DNA of 64,000 nt from Tolypothrix carrinoi HA7290-LM1 (GTDB taxonomy: Bacteria; Cyanobacteriota; Cyanobacteriia; Cyanobacteriales; Nostocaceae). The stretch lies in the NCBI GenBank assembly GCA_019358935.1, contig JAHHIK010000015.1:37028-101027 (forward strand), given 5' to 3'. A program made the position numbers and the translations under genes. The notes beneath the pieces were generated by a model, which worked only from the letters and a program-made list of their open reading frames with translations, was not told the DNA's origin and did no database searches. This document shows positions 35,168-45,102 of the stretch, piece by piece (the first letter of the stretch is position 1; the number at the start of each line of letters is the position of its first letter).

Positions 35168-36291
35168 GTTCTTTCATCAAACTTAGATTGATATTGATAA
35201 ATTCATAAATCTGTTTGGCTATTAAATGTCCAATTATTGGTGGTACAGCATTTCCGATTTCAATTAGATTTTGACTTGCCGAATGAGGGAAGATAAACTC
35301 ATCAGGAAATGATTGAAGCCTTGCACATTCTCTAACTGTTAATCGGCGGTCTAAGGAATAATGAAAGTGAACTCTTGCTTTTGTATTTGCCCTTACCGTG
35401 TAAGCAATTTCTCCTTGTTTAGATTTCTGATCGCCTTGACCCGCTCATGAGTGTAGCTTTTGTAGCTACAAAGTATTGGGTTTGATTAGTTATGCTTTCA
35501 TCAGTAATTTCTACAAGATCTCCTATGGCTTGATCAATTGAAACATACTGAAAAAATAATTCTGGAGTTGGAGGTTTTGGAAATGATTTAATATCGGAAC
35601 GAACACCAATTAAAAATAATCTGGTTCGACTTTGAGGTAATCCAAAATCCGGACAATAAATCTTCCAAACTTTAAACATATACCCAACAGATTCAAATTC
35701 ATTTATAATATGCCTTAAAAACATTCCATTTTCAAGTTTCTCTAAAAAAGGTACATTTTCTCCTACTACAATTTCCGGTTTATGTATATTCATATAATCT
35801 TTCATCACAGTATATAATTCACCTCTAGTCCCTTTAAATCCTTTTTTGTGACCGCATGAGGAAAAATCTTGGCAGGGAAATCCACCAAGAAGAATATTTG
35901 CAGGAGACAACGATCGTATATCTATATTAGTAAGATCTACTGTAGTTACATCATTTGAGAGATTTAATGCGTAAGTTTGAGTAGCCTTTTCGTCAATATC
36001 GTAGGCACGCACAATTCTATATGGGAGAGCTTGATATTTTTTATTGAGAAAAGTAAAACCTCCTAAAAAACCCAGATCAAGACCACCACATCCAGAAAAT
36101 AATGAAATAACCTTTATATAACCTTCAGTTTTATCTGATTGAATCAGTGTAGGATTTACATACATCTTTGTATTTGGATTGTCTTTAAATCCATACTCAA
36201 AAATAGGTTTTCTTTTTAAAGCTTTTCTTTTTGGTAATCCTGATTTTGGGCGCATATAGTTATAAGTATTGGTTTGTAATTTTCTTGTCAA
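35157..36291 (-). pseudogene. DNA (cytosine-5) methyltransferase, frameshifted
   Basis: Motifs I FSGCGG, IV GFPCQ, VI ENV, VIII QSRTR; after a frameshift near 35450, motifs IX/X RRLTVRECARLQSFP and IGNAVPP lie in another frame. Confidence 0.9.
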
Positions 36292-36499
36292 CAGGGCGTG
36301 CGAAGCTTTCCTTGAGGCGTTGACCCCCCAATTTTTCGCTTACCCAAGTTGTACTATAGCGATCCTATTTGATTTGAAAGCTCAGAACCCCGGTTTCGCA
36401 CAAGTTACCGGGGTTCTTGTTGTTCACGCTCTTATGCGCGGATTGCTATATTAATTTCATAGCTTACATGGGTACAGTATTTTAGATATGAACGGCTAT

Positions 36500-36563
36500 A
36501 TTCATTGTAAAGCAAGGCTTTAAGCCTTGCTGAGTACATATGCACCTGAGGAAGTTCAGTTTA
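36500..36563 (-). repeat. Right copy of the 64-bp inverted repeat
   Basis: Includes the porin stop codon and a GCAAGGCTTTAAGCCTTGC palindrome. Confidence 0.85.
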
Positions 36564-38210
36564 GAAGCTGAAGGTAGTTCTCAAGGCACCAATTACAACA
36601 TCATCGTTATTATTGTTATGATCTGGTGCGGTTAACCAAATAACTCCGGGGGTGATGGAGATATTGTCGGTCACTTGATATTGGTAAAACCCCTCAATAT
36701 GATAAGAGGTATCCGGATCTCTCCCCAGCCCGGTGATGCTAGAACCTACAACTTTGGGTTCCATACCAAAAATAATTCCAGCTAAGTTGCCTTTTTTACC
36801 TAAATCTGGGAATCCCAGAGTTACAGCCCAGTTCCAGATATCAACTTCTCCACGGTCGATTGTCCCACGCTCTGTAGACAAGTTTCGAGAGTTGGTGTAG
36901 CCAACCCAACCACCCAATACAAAGTTATCAGTGATACCTATTGATGCTTGGATACCATAAGAATTACTGACAGTAGCCAGGTCTGGCTGCTCTTCGGCAC
37001 CTGAACCCGGATCTTCTAACTGTTGTGCCGCAATTTCTCGTAGTGAAGTTCCTAAGTTGACTCGATTGCTACCGGTAGCCAGTATTTGTTTGTAGGCATT
37101 GATGTAAGTAAAGCCAAGAGTTATGCGATCGCTTGGTTTAAAGGTCAGCTGTGCCAGCGCACCATAAGGACCGTTGAGTATACCATTTTTTGGTGATGGG
37201 TCATTAGGTGAACTCCCCAAATACGCCAAACTTATTGCCAATTTATCACCGAACTCATGATTTATTCCTAACCCCGCACCATCCATCTGGTAATAAATTG
37301 GGTTGCGCGTACCAAAGCTGGACAAAGCACCAAACCCACCATCTCCATCAAAGATGTTAACAGTATTAGTAACGTCGTCCGCAGCACCTGCGTTGGCAAG
37401 AACGATAACCTCTGTCTTTTCGCCAAGGGGGAATTTGTAGTATAACGCATCTATCGCCGCATTAGTTGTACCATCATCGCCAGCAAAGAACAAGTTGCCT
37501 TCTGGTGTACGAATGTCTGGGCTAAGAATATTATTAGTCTGAATTCTGGTGAAAAGTTCATCTTTACCTGTGAAACTGGTCGTGAATTCCACACGCGATC
37601 GCACTCCCAGTGTTGTATTCTCGTCTTGGATTTCCTCACCGTTTACTCTGTCTCCACCCAAAACATCGCTGACTACAGCGACAACTTCACCACTCAGTTT
37701 AGTTGTAGTAGAAAATTGATTCGCTTCTAACTCAGCAGCTTTTACTTCCACTGCATCCACACGACCCCGCAGCGTAGCCAATTCCGCACTAAATTGTTCT
37801 CGCAGCCTTTGCAATGTGGCTAAATCTTCTTTTGTTACCAAATCAGTTGTAGCTGTAGCGATTAATTCATTAACTCGATCTAAACAAGCATTCAAACCTG
37901 CGGCAAACTCATACCTTGTCATCGCCCGATTACCGCGATATGTGCCATTCGGGTATCCGGCAATACAGCCATATCGTTCTACCAACGATTGCAACGCTTG
38001 GAATGCCCAGTCTGTAGGTTTCACGTCCGATAGTTGAGAAACTGAGTTCACGTGTGACATTTTTTGGTCTTCGGTGTTACTTTCAGTCACTAGCGGTTCA
38101 GTTATTTCCCAAGTGGTTAAAGTTTCTCCTCCCATAGCCCCAGAACTAACAAATAGCATCGCACCGAACACTGCTGGACTAGCTAACAAAGACTTCCATA
38201 CTGTTTTCAT
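36561..38210 (-). CDS. SLH-domain carbohydrate-selective (OprB/Som-type) porin
   Basis: SQLSDVKPTDWAFQAL SLH motif, FSTTTKLSGEV, C-terminal LRTTFSF. Confidence 0.93.
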   Translation of the reverse strand: MKTVWKSLLASPAVFGAMLFVSSGAMGGETLTTWEITEPLVTESNTEDQKMSHVNSVSQLSDVKPTDWAFQALQSLVERYGCIAGYPNGTYRGNRAMTRYEFAAGLNACLDRVNELIATATTDLVTKEDLATLQRLREQFSAELATLRGRVDAVEVKAAELEANQFSTTTKLSGEVVAVVSDVLGGDRVNGEEIQDENTTLGVRSRVEFTTSFTGKDELFTRIQTNNILSPDIRTPEGNLFFAGDDGTTNAAIDALYYKFPLGEKTEVIVLANAGAADDVTNTVNIFDGDGGFGALSSFGTRNPIYYQMDGAGLGINHEFGDKLAISLAYLGSSPNDPSPKNGILNGPYGALAQLTFKPSDRITLGFTYINAYKQILATGSNRVNLGTSLREIAAQQLEDPGSGAEEQPDLATVSNSYGIQASIGITDNFVLGGWVGYTNSRNLSTERGTIDRGEVDIWNWAVTLGFPDLGKKGNLAGIIFGMEPKVVGSSITGLGRDPDTSYHIEGFYQYQVTDNISITPGVIWLTAPDHNNNNDDVVIGALRTTFSF

Positions 38211-38214
38211 TTTT

Positions 38215-38224
38215 CTCCTCACAC
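38215..38224 (-). promoter_or_regulatory. Yfr1 sRNA-complementary motif overlapping the porin RBS
   Basis: GTGTGAGGAG 4 nt upstream of the ATG, complementary to Yfr1 ACTCCTCACAC. Confidence 0.65.
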
Positions 38225-38473
38225 CTACTACTGCCTTTCTATGACGGCTTATTTTATTAACAAGTCTTCTCAATTAATTTATCAGGAATTAGCAAATTTT
38301 TTAAGAAGAAAAATCTAGAACTTATGACTAATTAAGTAAAGCTAGAGAAAAACGGCATCATACTATTGCAAAAATATAGCATATTCTGCTGCGTTAGCCG
38401 AACGCGAGTGCGTCTCGTAGAGAAGGCTTTGGCGGAGCGATCGCTCTTCTAAATATATTGCAAACATACCGAT

Positions 38474-38495
38474 AATGAGAATTATTATTCTCATT
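38474..38495. promoter_or_regulatory. Zur/Fur-type box
   Basis: Palindrome AATGAGAAT-TATT-ATTCTCATT between the divergent porin and znuA genes. Confidence 0.7.
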
Positions 38496-38550
38496 TTGAG
38501 ATAGAATAAGTCTCATTGTCAATACGCAAGCATCTTAAGGGGAGAAAACA

Positions 38551-39537
38551 GTGTTCCGGAATCGTGTAGTAAATAAAACAAAAAGATTAGTTGCTTTATT
38601 ACTGTTAACAGTTGTCGGATGTAGCCAAGCGAACACGAATCAGGCTACAAATCCGGAACAGTCACCGAAAGTACAAGAGGCTGCATCTACACCAGCATCT
38701 TCGGGAACAGGCAAAACTAAGGTAGTGACAACGTTTTTACCGATGTATATATTTACCAAGGCAGTGACTGGAGATGCAGCAGATGTAGAAATATTAGTGC
38801 CACCGGGTACAGAGGTGCATGAATACCAGGCTACACCGAATAACGTGAAAGCGATCGCTACTGCAAATGTATTGGTAAAAAATGGCTTGGGTTTAGAAGA
38901 ATTTCTCGAAAATACAGTAAAAAATGCCCAAAATGCTAAATTAACTCAAATTGATGCCAGCATTAATATTAAACCCTTAAATGAAATTTCGCCGGTAGAA
39001 AAAACCGCGAAAGAAGAACACGAACACGCTGAGGGAAACCCCCACGTCTGGTTAGATCCAGTTTTAGCTAAACAGCAAGTTGTCAATATTCGAGATGGTT
39101 TAATTGCTGCTGACCCCGCAAATAAGGCTACTTATGAAGCGAATGCAGCAAATTATATCAAACAATTAGAAAGTTTAAATAACGAATTTGAACAGACTTT
39201 ACAAAAGACTCCTAACTGTACTTTTGTTACTTTCCATGATGCATATCCATACTTAGCACAACGCTATAAACTTAAACAGCTTGCTGTAGTAGAAATTCCT
39301 GAAGACCAACTTGCACCAGCAGATGTACAAAACGCAGTTAATGCAGTCAAAAAGTATAAAGTTAAAGCTTTGTTTAGCGAACCGGGAGTAGATAACAAAT
39401 TGCTAACTAGCCTTTCCAAAGATTTGAATTTGACTTTACGTTCGCTGGATTCTTTGGAAACGGGTAAAACAGATCCGCAATATTATTTTGAAGCAATGAA
39501 AGCTAACTTGCAAACTTTAGAAACTGCTTGCAAATAA
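38551..39537 (+). CDS. znuA: Zn ABC transporter substrate-binding lipoprotein
   Basis: Lipobox VVGC, EVHEYQ, HEHAEGNPHVWLDP, FHDAY motifs. Confidence 0.9.
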   Translation: MFRNRVVNKTKRLVALLLLTVVGCSQANTNQATNPEQSPKVQEAASTPASSGTGKTKVVTTFLPMYIFTKAVTGDAADVEILVPPGTEVHEYQATPNNVKAIATANVLVKNGLGLEEFLENTVKNAQNAKLTQIDASINIKPLNEISPVEKTAKEEHEHAEGNPHVWLDPVLAKQQVVNIRDGLIAADPANKATYEANAANYIKQLESLNNEFEQTLQKTPNCTFVTFHDAYPYLAQRYKLKQLAVVEIPEDQLAPADVQNAVNAVKKYKVKALFSEPGVDNKLLTSLSKDLNLTLRSLDSLETGKTDPQYYFEAMKANLQTLETACK

Positions 39538-39604
39538 ATTGGATGTTTAAATTAATGATTTTTTCTTTGTTTGTTCTTACTCAATTACCAATTACCAATT
39601 CGCA

Positions 39605-40489
39605 ATGACCAGTGACCAAGAAGTGACATTCCCCATTTTAAAAGTAGAGGGATTAACTGTATACCAAGGCAAAACAACTGCCGTGAGAGATGTTTCTTTT
39701 GAATTATTACCACAAACAAATACAGCCATAGTTGGTCCCAATGGTGCGGGTAAAAGTACTTTAGTACAAGCGGTTTTAGATTTGATTCCGCGCAGTAGTG
39801 GGACAATTGAAATATTTGGTCGTCCGATTACAAGACTAGGGCATTTACGTCATCAGTTGGGTTATATGCCGCAAAATTTCATATTTGATCGCAGTTTTCC
39901 GATTTCTGTTAGTGAATTGGTAGGACTGGGATGGGTGAAGAAAGGGGACAGGGGAGACAAGGGGATAAGGGGACAAGGGGGACAAGGGGGACAAGGGGGA
40001 CAAGGGGGACAAGGGGGACAAGGGGGACAAGGAGGACAAGGGGGAGACAAGTCATTTTTTCATAGGCTGAGGAGACAAAATCACCGAAAATCAGTAGCAG
40101 TAATAGAAGCTTTGCGACGAACGGATGCTTACCATGTGCGGAATCAAGCTATTGGGACTCTTAGCGGTGGTCAATTAAAGCGAGTGTTGCTAGCTTATTG
40201 CTTGGTGGTATCAAGGAGACTGTTGGTATTAGATGAAGCTTTTGCTGGGGTCGATGTGCAAGGTGCGGCGGATTTTTATGCTTTGTTGAATGAATTAAAG
40301 CGGGAAGAGGGTTGGACGGTGTTACAGATTTCTCATGATATTGATATGGTAAGCCGGCATTGCGATCGCGTTCTTTGTCTCAATCAAACTATTGTTTGTA
40401 CTGGAAAGCCAGAAATTGCTTTATCACCAGAAAATCTGTTAGCAACATACAGTCCTGTTTTCAGTCGCTACCATCATCACCACAACTAA
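39605..40489 (+). CDS. znuC: Zn ABC transporter ATPase with STRR-derived insertion
   Basis: GPNGAGKST, LSGGQ, LVLDEA motifs. Confidence 0.9.
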   Translation: MTSDQEVTFPILKVEGLTVYQGKTTAVRDVSFELLPQTNTAIVGPNGAGKSTLVQAVLDLIPRSSGTIEIFGRPITRLGHLRHQLGYMPQNFIFDRSFPISVSELVGLGWVKKGDRGDKGIRGQGGQGGQGGQGGQGGQGGQGGQGGDKSFFHRLRRQNHRKSVAVIEALRRTDAYHVRNQAIGTLSGGQLKRVLLAYCLVVSRRLLVLDEAFAGVDVQGAADFYALLNELKREEGWTVLQISHDIDMVSRHCDRVLCLNQTIVCTGKPEIALSPENLLATYSPVFSRYHHHHN

Positions 40490-40518
40490 AGGATGAAGTA
40501 TGAAGTGTGATTTATCCT

Positions 40519-40938
40519 TCATCCTTCATCCTTCTCATCAAGGTGTTCTGCAACAGCTTGGTAAAGATGGAAAACATGGCTGTCGTGAAGTTGATAGAAG
40601 ACATTGCGACCTTGTTTGCGATAACTGACTAAGCGCATTGCTCGTAAGTTTCGCAATTGATGAGAAACAGCAGATTCACTCATTTCTAATAATGCGGCTA
40701 AATCGCTGACACAAAGTTCTTCTTTGGCTAAAACAGAGAGAATTCGCAAGCGATTAGCATCCCCTAAAAAGCTAAAAAATTCTGCCATGCGTTGGGCTTT
40801 ATCGCTACTGAGAAGCCATTCTTGTAGGGGTTGCACATTATCATCACCATCTATCTCGTCTTTTGGATCGTTGTGTATGTCTTTCGTATTGGGAAGAGAA
40901 TTAGTGACAGTATAAACAAGAGTATTTTTGGCTGACAT
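40519..40938 (-). CDS. ArsR/SmtB metal-sensing repressor
   Basis: [18 protein letters not shown], alpha5 DSHV...EHLDE motifs. Confidence 0.92.
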   Translation of the reverse strand: MSAKNTLVYTVTNSLPNTKDIHNDPKDEIDGDDNVQPLQEWLLSSDKAQRMAEFFSFLGDANRLRILSVLAKEELCVSDLAALLEMSESAVSHQLRNLRAMRLVSYRKQGRNVFYQLHDSHVFHLYQAVAEHLDEKDEG

Positions 40939-41025
40939 AGCGTGAAAAATTAAAGTGCAATTACTTTATGAGTCGAAAAATTATATACTTCCAGTATAAC
41001 TATTACAAAGTATAAGAAATTACTA

Positions 41026-41895
41026 ATGTATTTAAGCGATGATTGTCTGTTAAGTTGGCTAGCTGTCACTAATGGTAATGACTTGGTGACGTTGTTAGAA
41101 TTTCCCTTCATGCAACGTGCGATCGCTGGTGCTGTTTTAATGGGAATACTTGGCGGTGTTTTAGGTAGTTTTGTCACCTTGCGTTCCTTATCTTTTTTCA
41201 GCCATGCTGTTGGTCATGCTGCTTTGGTAGGAGTAGCGTTAGGTGTGTTGTTACAGTTAAACCCCACTTGGATGCTACTACCGTTTACTTTAGTTTTTGG
41301 CGTTGTTGTCCTCTACTTGATTGACAAAACTGATTTAGGTAGCGATAGCGTTCTTAGTATTGTCTTGTCTGGAGCATTAGCTCTAGGCGTAATTCTCACT
41401 AGCCTGATTCAAGGATATCGCGGCAACTTGATGAGTGTGCTGTTCGGCGATATTCTCGCCATCAATACCACAGATTTAATTTTGACACTGTTAGTGCTTG
41501 TCTTAAGTAGCATATTCTTACTTTCAAGCCTGCGGCAGCAAATTTTGTTGACCCTTAACCCCGCCGTGGCACAAATTCAAGGCATTCCAGTACAATTGTA
41601 TCGCTACGCATTTGTAGTATTGCTGTCATTAGCGGTTGCTGTGGCGATTAAAGCCGTCGGCGTTTTACTGGTAAATGCCTTTTTAGTAATTCCCGCTTCA
41701 ATTGCGAAACTAATAAGTCATAACTTTAGCCGCTTTCTGGTAATGTCAGTTATTTTCGGCTCCACCACCAGCATCGCGGGCATAATCATATCGGGTCTTT
41801 TCAACTTTGCTTCTGGTCCAAGTATTGTTCTTGTGCAGTTTATCGTATTCGTAGCTGTTTTTAGCTGGGTCAAGTTGACTATGAAAGCGGCATAA
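41026..41895 (+). CDS. znuB: Zn ABC transporter permease
   Basis: FMQRA, SHAVGHAALVG, LFGDIL motifs. Confidence 0.9.
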   Translation: MYLSDDCLLSWLAVTNGNDLVTLLEFPFMQRAIAGAVLMGILGGVLGSFVTLRSLSFFSHAVGHAALVGVALGVLLQLNPTWMLLPFTLVFGVVVLYLIDKTDLGSDSVLSIVLSGALALGVILTSLIQGYRGNLMSVLFGDILAINTTDLILTLLVLVLSSIFLLSSLRQQILLTLNPAVAQIQGIPVQLYRYAFVVLLSLAVAVAIKAVGVLLVNAFLVIPASIAKLISHNFSRFLVMSVIFGSTTSIAGIIISGLFNFASGPSIVLVQFIVFVAVFSWVKLTMKAA

Positions 41896-41971
41896 ATTTT
41901 TCTTTCCTTCAGCTAGTTGACGAACCCTTATTAGTTTGCTAATATTAATAATCGTGGCAAGCAAACGCCGC

Positions 41972-42045
<74 letters not shown>

Positions 42046-42100
42046 TCTTTATTTATAGTACTTACAGCTTACAAGCAGTCTTCGCAATTGCTGTCGTTAA

Positions 42101-42145
42101 TTTAATCTGCTTAAAATCTGCTTAAAATCTGCCATAAATTTGCTT
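42101..42145 (+). repeat. Candidate integrase arm-type sites (AATCTGCTTA)n
   Basis: 3-4 direct repeats about 60 bp inside attL. Confidence 0.55.
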
Positions 42146-42160
42146 ATTATATTAGTTTTA

Positions 42161-42784
42161 TTAATCACCAGTCCGGGCGACTAGGTCGTCTCCAGCAATC
42201 ACAGTAGTGTAAAAAATATAATTTTTATCCGCTTGATAGCGGCGATCGCTCTTCACCAACCGCATAAATTCCCGATGTCCTTCACGTCGGCGCCCCACCA
42301 AGCACCCAGCGCTAGCATTTTTAATATCGTCGAGCGGCGCATCGTATCCCCAGTGCTGGTTAATCCCGAAAAATCCGGTGTCCAGCTTGTCCCCAGTTCG
42401 TTTAAAATCTTTGTTGAAATCCCGACAGACGGTGACAGGTTCCACTTGAATTAAAGCTTCATGGGGTTCCGCGTTGCCGTGAGTCCCCACCGCCCACGCC
42501 CGATACTGCCCGAAAGCAATTCGCGCTGCTCCTTTTGAATTCATTGGGTTGTGGGTGTAATGAGCGCCCGGTTCGGTGGTTGCTTGCCAGTGGTTGACAA
42601 TTTTGGGCACTGAGTCAACGATTTCGATGATTATGCGGCGATCGTTGAATTGATTGGGTGCGTCATCGTTGAGACTGCCGTTTTCATTCATGCCCTCAAC
42701 ATAGATAATATTGTAATTTCTTGCTCCGCTAAAAACCACGTAATTTTTAGCTTGCATGTACTGAATTATTTTATCGGCTAGCAT
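42161..42784 (-). CDS. Putative endolysin with YkuD/L,D-peptidase-like catalytic motif
   Basis: GINQH-x13-SAGC; last gene of an operon carrying holin-like genes. Confidence 0.7.
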   Translation of the reverse strand: MLADKIIQYMQAKNYVVFSGARNYNIIYVEGMNENGSLNDDAPNQFNDRRIIIEIVDSVPKIVNHWQATTEPGAHYTHNPMNSKGAARIAFGQYRAWAVGTHGNAEPHEALIQVEPVTVCRDFNKDFKRTGDKLDTGFFGINQHWGYDAPLDDIKNASAGCLVGRRREGHREFMRLVKSDRRYQADKNYIFYTTVIAGDDLVARTGD

Positions 42785-42790
42785 AATATA

Positions 42791-43267
42791 TTAGGGATTT
42801 AAATCAGCAGATACGGCTGCTGACATATAAGCTTTAATTCGTTGCAAAGTAGAAACAAGTAAGGTAACTTGCAAGTTCTCAATCAAAATATCGATATTAG
42901 CTGTTTTTACAGTCGTATATGTTGGCGTACTAACAGAACCGGGTGTGGAACCGGCAATATACCCTTGAGAAGTGGCTCTAGCAACATCAATTTCAAAGTG
43001 GATATTAGCAGCTTCAGTGCTAGTGACTGGTACGCTTGAGGTCGTTAATTCATTATTTGCACTTTCTAGTGTGTAAGCAAATAATCTATCAAGAGTACTA
43101 GCAACTAAATCAGTTTTCAAATTAACAATTGAAATTCTAACAACAACAGTCTTTGGAGAACTTGGAGGACTGCTAACATTAGTCTCAAGCTGAATATTTG
43201 GAAATATTTCTTTTTGAAAAAGTGGCGCGGCACGGTTGGCAGCACCAAATGTTGGGAAGTCAGCCAT
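42791..43267 (-). CDS. Hypothetical protein with internal duplication
   Basis: ISIVNLKTDLVASTLDRLFAY versus ILIENLQVTLLVSTLQRIKAY. Confidence 0.75.
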   Translation of the reverse strand: MADFPTFGAANRAAPLFQKEIFPNIQLETNVSSPPSSPKTVVVRISIVNLKTDLVASTLDRLFAYTLESANNELTTSSVPVTSTEAANIHFEIDVARATSQGYIAGSTPGSVSTPTYTTVKTANIDILIENLQVTLLVSTLQRIKAYMSAAVSADLNP

Positions 43268-43295
43268 AATATTTTATATTCAAATAATTGAAAAT

Positions 43296-43472
43296 TTAAT
43301 CTTTCTTATTAGCTGGAATTAGTTGAGCCAAATAACCACCGACACCAATTTTTGCTAAATCACCAAATGCACTCCTAACATGCTCGTCTTGAACCGCTAA
43401 AATAAAAGTGCCAATAACTAATAGTAGGACTATAACCGAACGTGTTTTTAAGCGCTCCAATATCAATTTCAT
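43296..43472 (-). CDS. Small holin-like membrane protein (58 aa, not in ORF track)
   Basis: MKLILERLKTRSVIVLLLVIGTFILAVQDEHVRSAFGDLAKIGVGGYLAQLIPANKKD; ATGA overlap with the upstream gene. Confidence 0.65.
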   Translation of the reverse strand: MKLILERLKTRSVIVLLLVIGTFILAVQDEHVRSAFGDLAKIGVGGYLAQLIPANKKD

Positions 43473-43774
43473 TCGTGTTTATATTGAATATTCAAATAAG
43501 TTTTTATTTCTAGTAAATCTTGGTCAAACGAATTCAAGCGCTTATCTAAGTCATCAAAGCGTTTGTCAAAATCTTTTGCTATCTCTGCAATGCCACTTGA
43601 GATATCTTTTTGATTGTTTTTTAAGTGATTGAAGTCGCGTTCTGCCGCATACTTTTTCTTTTCAGAGTTTGCATACCAGATTACGTACCAAACTACCACA
43701 CCAAAAATGTTAGTAAATAAAGCTAGAAGAAAGGCTCCTAAAGCTATCAAAGTTTGTGCGTCAAATAGTTTCAT
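43469..43774 (-). CDS. TM plus coiled-coil protein (holin/lysis accessory-like)
   Basis: N-terminal TM segment, heptad FDKRFDDLDKRLNSFD. Confidence 0.7.
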   Translation of the reverse strand: MKLFDAQTLIALGAFLLALFTNIFGVVVWYVIWYANSEKKKYAAERDFNHLKNNQKDISSGIAEIAKDFDKRFDDLDKRLNSFDQDLLEIKTYLNIQYKHE

Positions 43775-43824
43775 TTCAAAAACTATAATTTTATTCTTTT
43801 TCTAATTTCAAGGTTTTCACGCTT

Positions 43825-44325
43825 TTACAACAGATACTCTTTTGCACTAATTACCGGGTGTCCTGAATCATCAAAGGATACTGTTAAAGGAAGGTTGATA
43901 GTTCCTGAAGAGATTTTATCATCAGCATCATAAGCTGAAAAGACATTATTTTCCGAGTTAGGATTCTTGAGAACATCGCTTTCTTTAATTTGTAAGAAAG
44001 CAACAATTTCTAAAAAGTATTGTGAGAGCGAAGTTGATTTAAAAGTTCCCCCGTCTCCAGGACTAAAAGGCACATTTTGAAGATAATCCGTTCCAACAAG
44101 AATTATTTGTCCCGCATCATTAATAGATTGAGTTGCTGGAATTGAGAAACTGCCAATAGCAGTTAAGCTATCTAGATTATAAGATAGTTTAATCAAATCT
44201 CTGTTAGTAGGATTACTAATTGTATTTCTTTCTTGATTTTGAAGGTAAGTAATTACCTCTAGCAAAAGTCCTTCGGCTGTTGCAGATTTAAAAGAAGCGT
44301 TAGAGCCAGGTGTAATAGCAACCAT
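43825..44325 (-). CDS. Hypothetical (putative structural) protein built of two ~80-aa repeats
   Basis: TPGSNASFKS...LEVITYLQNQE...NP versus SPGDGGTFKS...LEIVAFLQIKE...NP; GAGGAG RBS. Confidence 0.8.
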   Translation of the reverse strand: MVAITPGSNASFKSATAEGLLLEVITYLQNQERNTISNPTNRDLIKLSYNLDSLTAIGSFSIPATQSINDAGQIILVGTDYLQNVPFSPGDGGTFKSTSLSQYFLEIVAFLQIKESDVLKNPNSENNVFSAYDADDKISSGTINLPLTVSFDDSGHPVISAKEYLL

Positions 44326-44453
44326 TTAAAAACTCCTCAAATAACACAATCAAAATTTTGCGAATACCCAATGGGTATTCACAAATAGCAGCTTGTTGCC
44401 AAAAATCCAGACTTGCTGTTATGTTTGGGACACAATTGCGCTGAGAATAGTTT

Positions 44454-45101
44454 ATGCCACGTCGTCGCCAAAGATTTTCAGATTTAGAAAGACAGTTCAG
44501 AGAAAGTGGGGGAGTCGCAGCACCCGGTAGTCGTCTTGCAGGCTACATTGATTTTAAGAAAGGCACTAACAAAATAGAAGTCAACAAAAAATTAACCGCA
44601 GCAGAACGCAAACGATACGGATTTGCAATTCTTCCCTTTGGTGTGACTCCTGAGGCTACTACTCCAAAAAGATATGCAGCTGCAATTACAGCTTATTCTA
44701 ATGCCTCTCGATCTACGTTGGATTTGGACAACAACAAGCTTGGATATGAAAATATTGATGCTGGAACCGAGCAAGCCGGAAACTTTTATCCAGCGCTTTT
44801 AAGGGTTTTTGTAAAATCGGGAACGATAGACGAAAGTAAAAAATCTGGGGTTACACAGAAAAATTATCGACGTATTGGGGGTACTACTTACAGTTATCCC
44901 TTTGGCAGAACTACAACTGGGGTAAGTGACGCTGAAACTGGAACAGCAGAAACAGCAGTCACTAATGTAGACGAAGAGGATGTCCGGAAAGCTTTGACAA
45001 CTTATCTAAAAGGGCTTGGTGCGGAGAAAAAAGTCGGATCTGTTTCTTACGACCCAGAAGTATTTAGATCTAAATCTCAACCACTGGCATCGCCTGCTTA
45101 A
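44454..45101 (+). CDS. Hypothetical protein with Arg-rich N-terminus (candidate virion/DNA-binding protein)
   Basis: MPRRRQRF start; first gene of a tightly coupled four-gene operon. Confidence 0.75.
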   Translation: MPRRRQRFSDLERQFRESGGVAAPGSRLAGYIDFKKGTNKIEVNKKLTAAERKRYGFAILPFGVTPEATTPKRYAAAITAYSNASRSTLDLDNNKLGYENIDAGTEQAGNFYPALLRVFVKSGTIDESKKSGVTQKNYRRIGGTTYSYPFGRTTTGVSDAETGTAETAVTNVDEEDVRKALTTYLKGLGAEKKVGSVSYDPEVFRSKSQPLASPA

Positions 45102-45102
45102 T

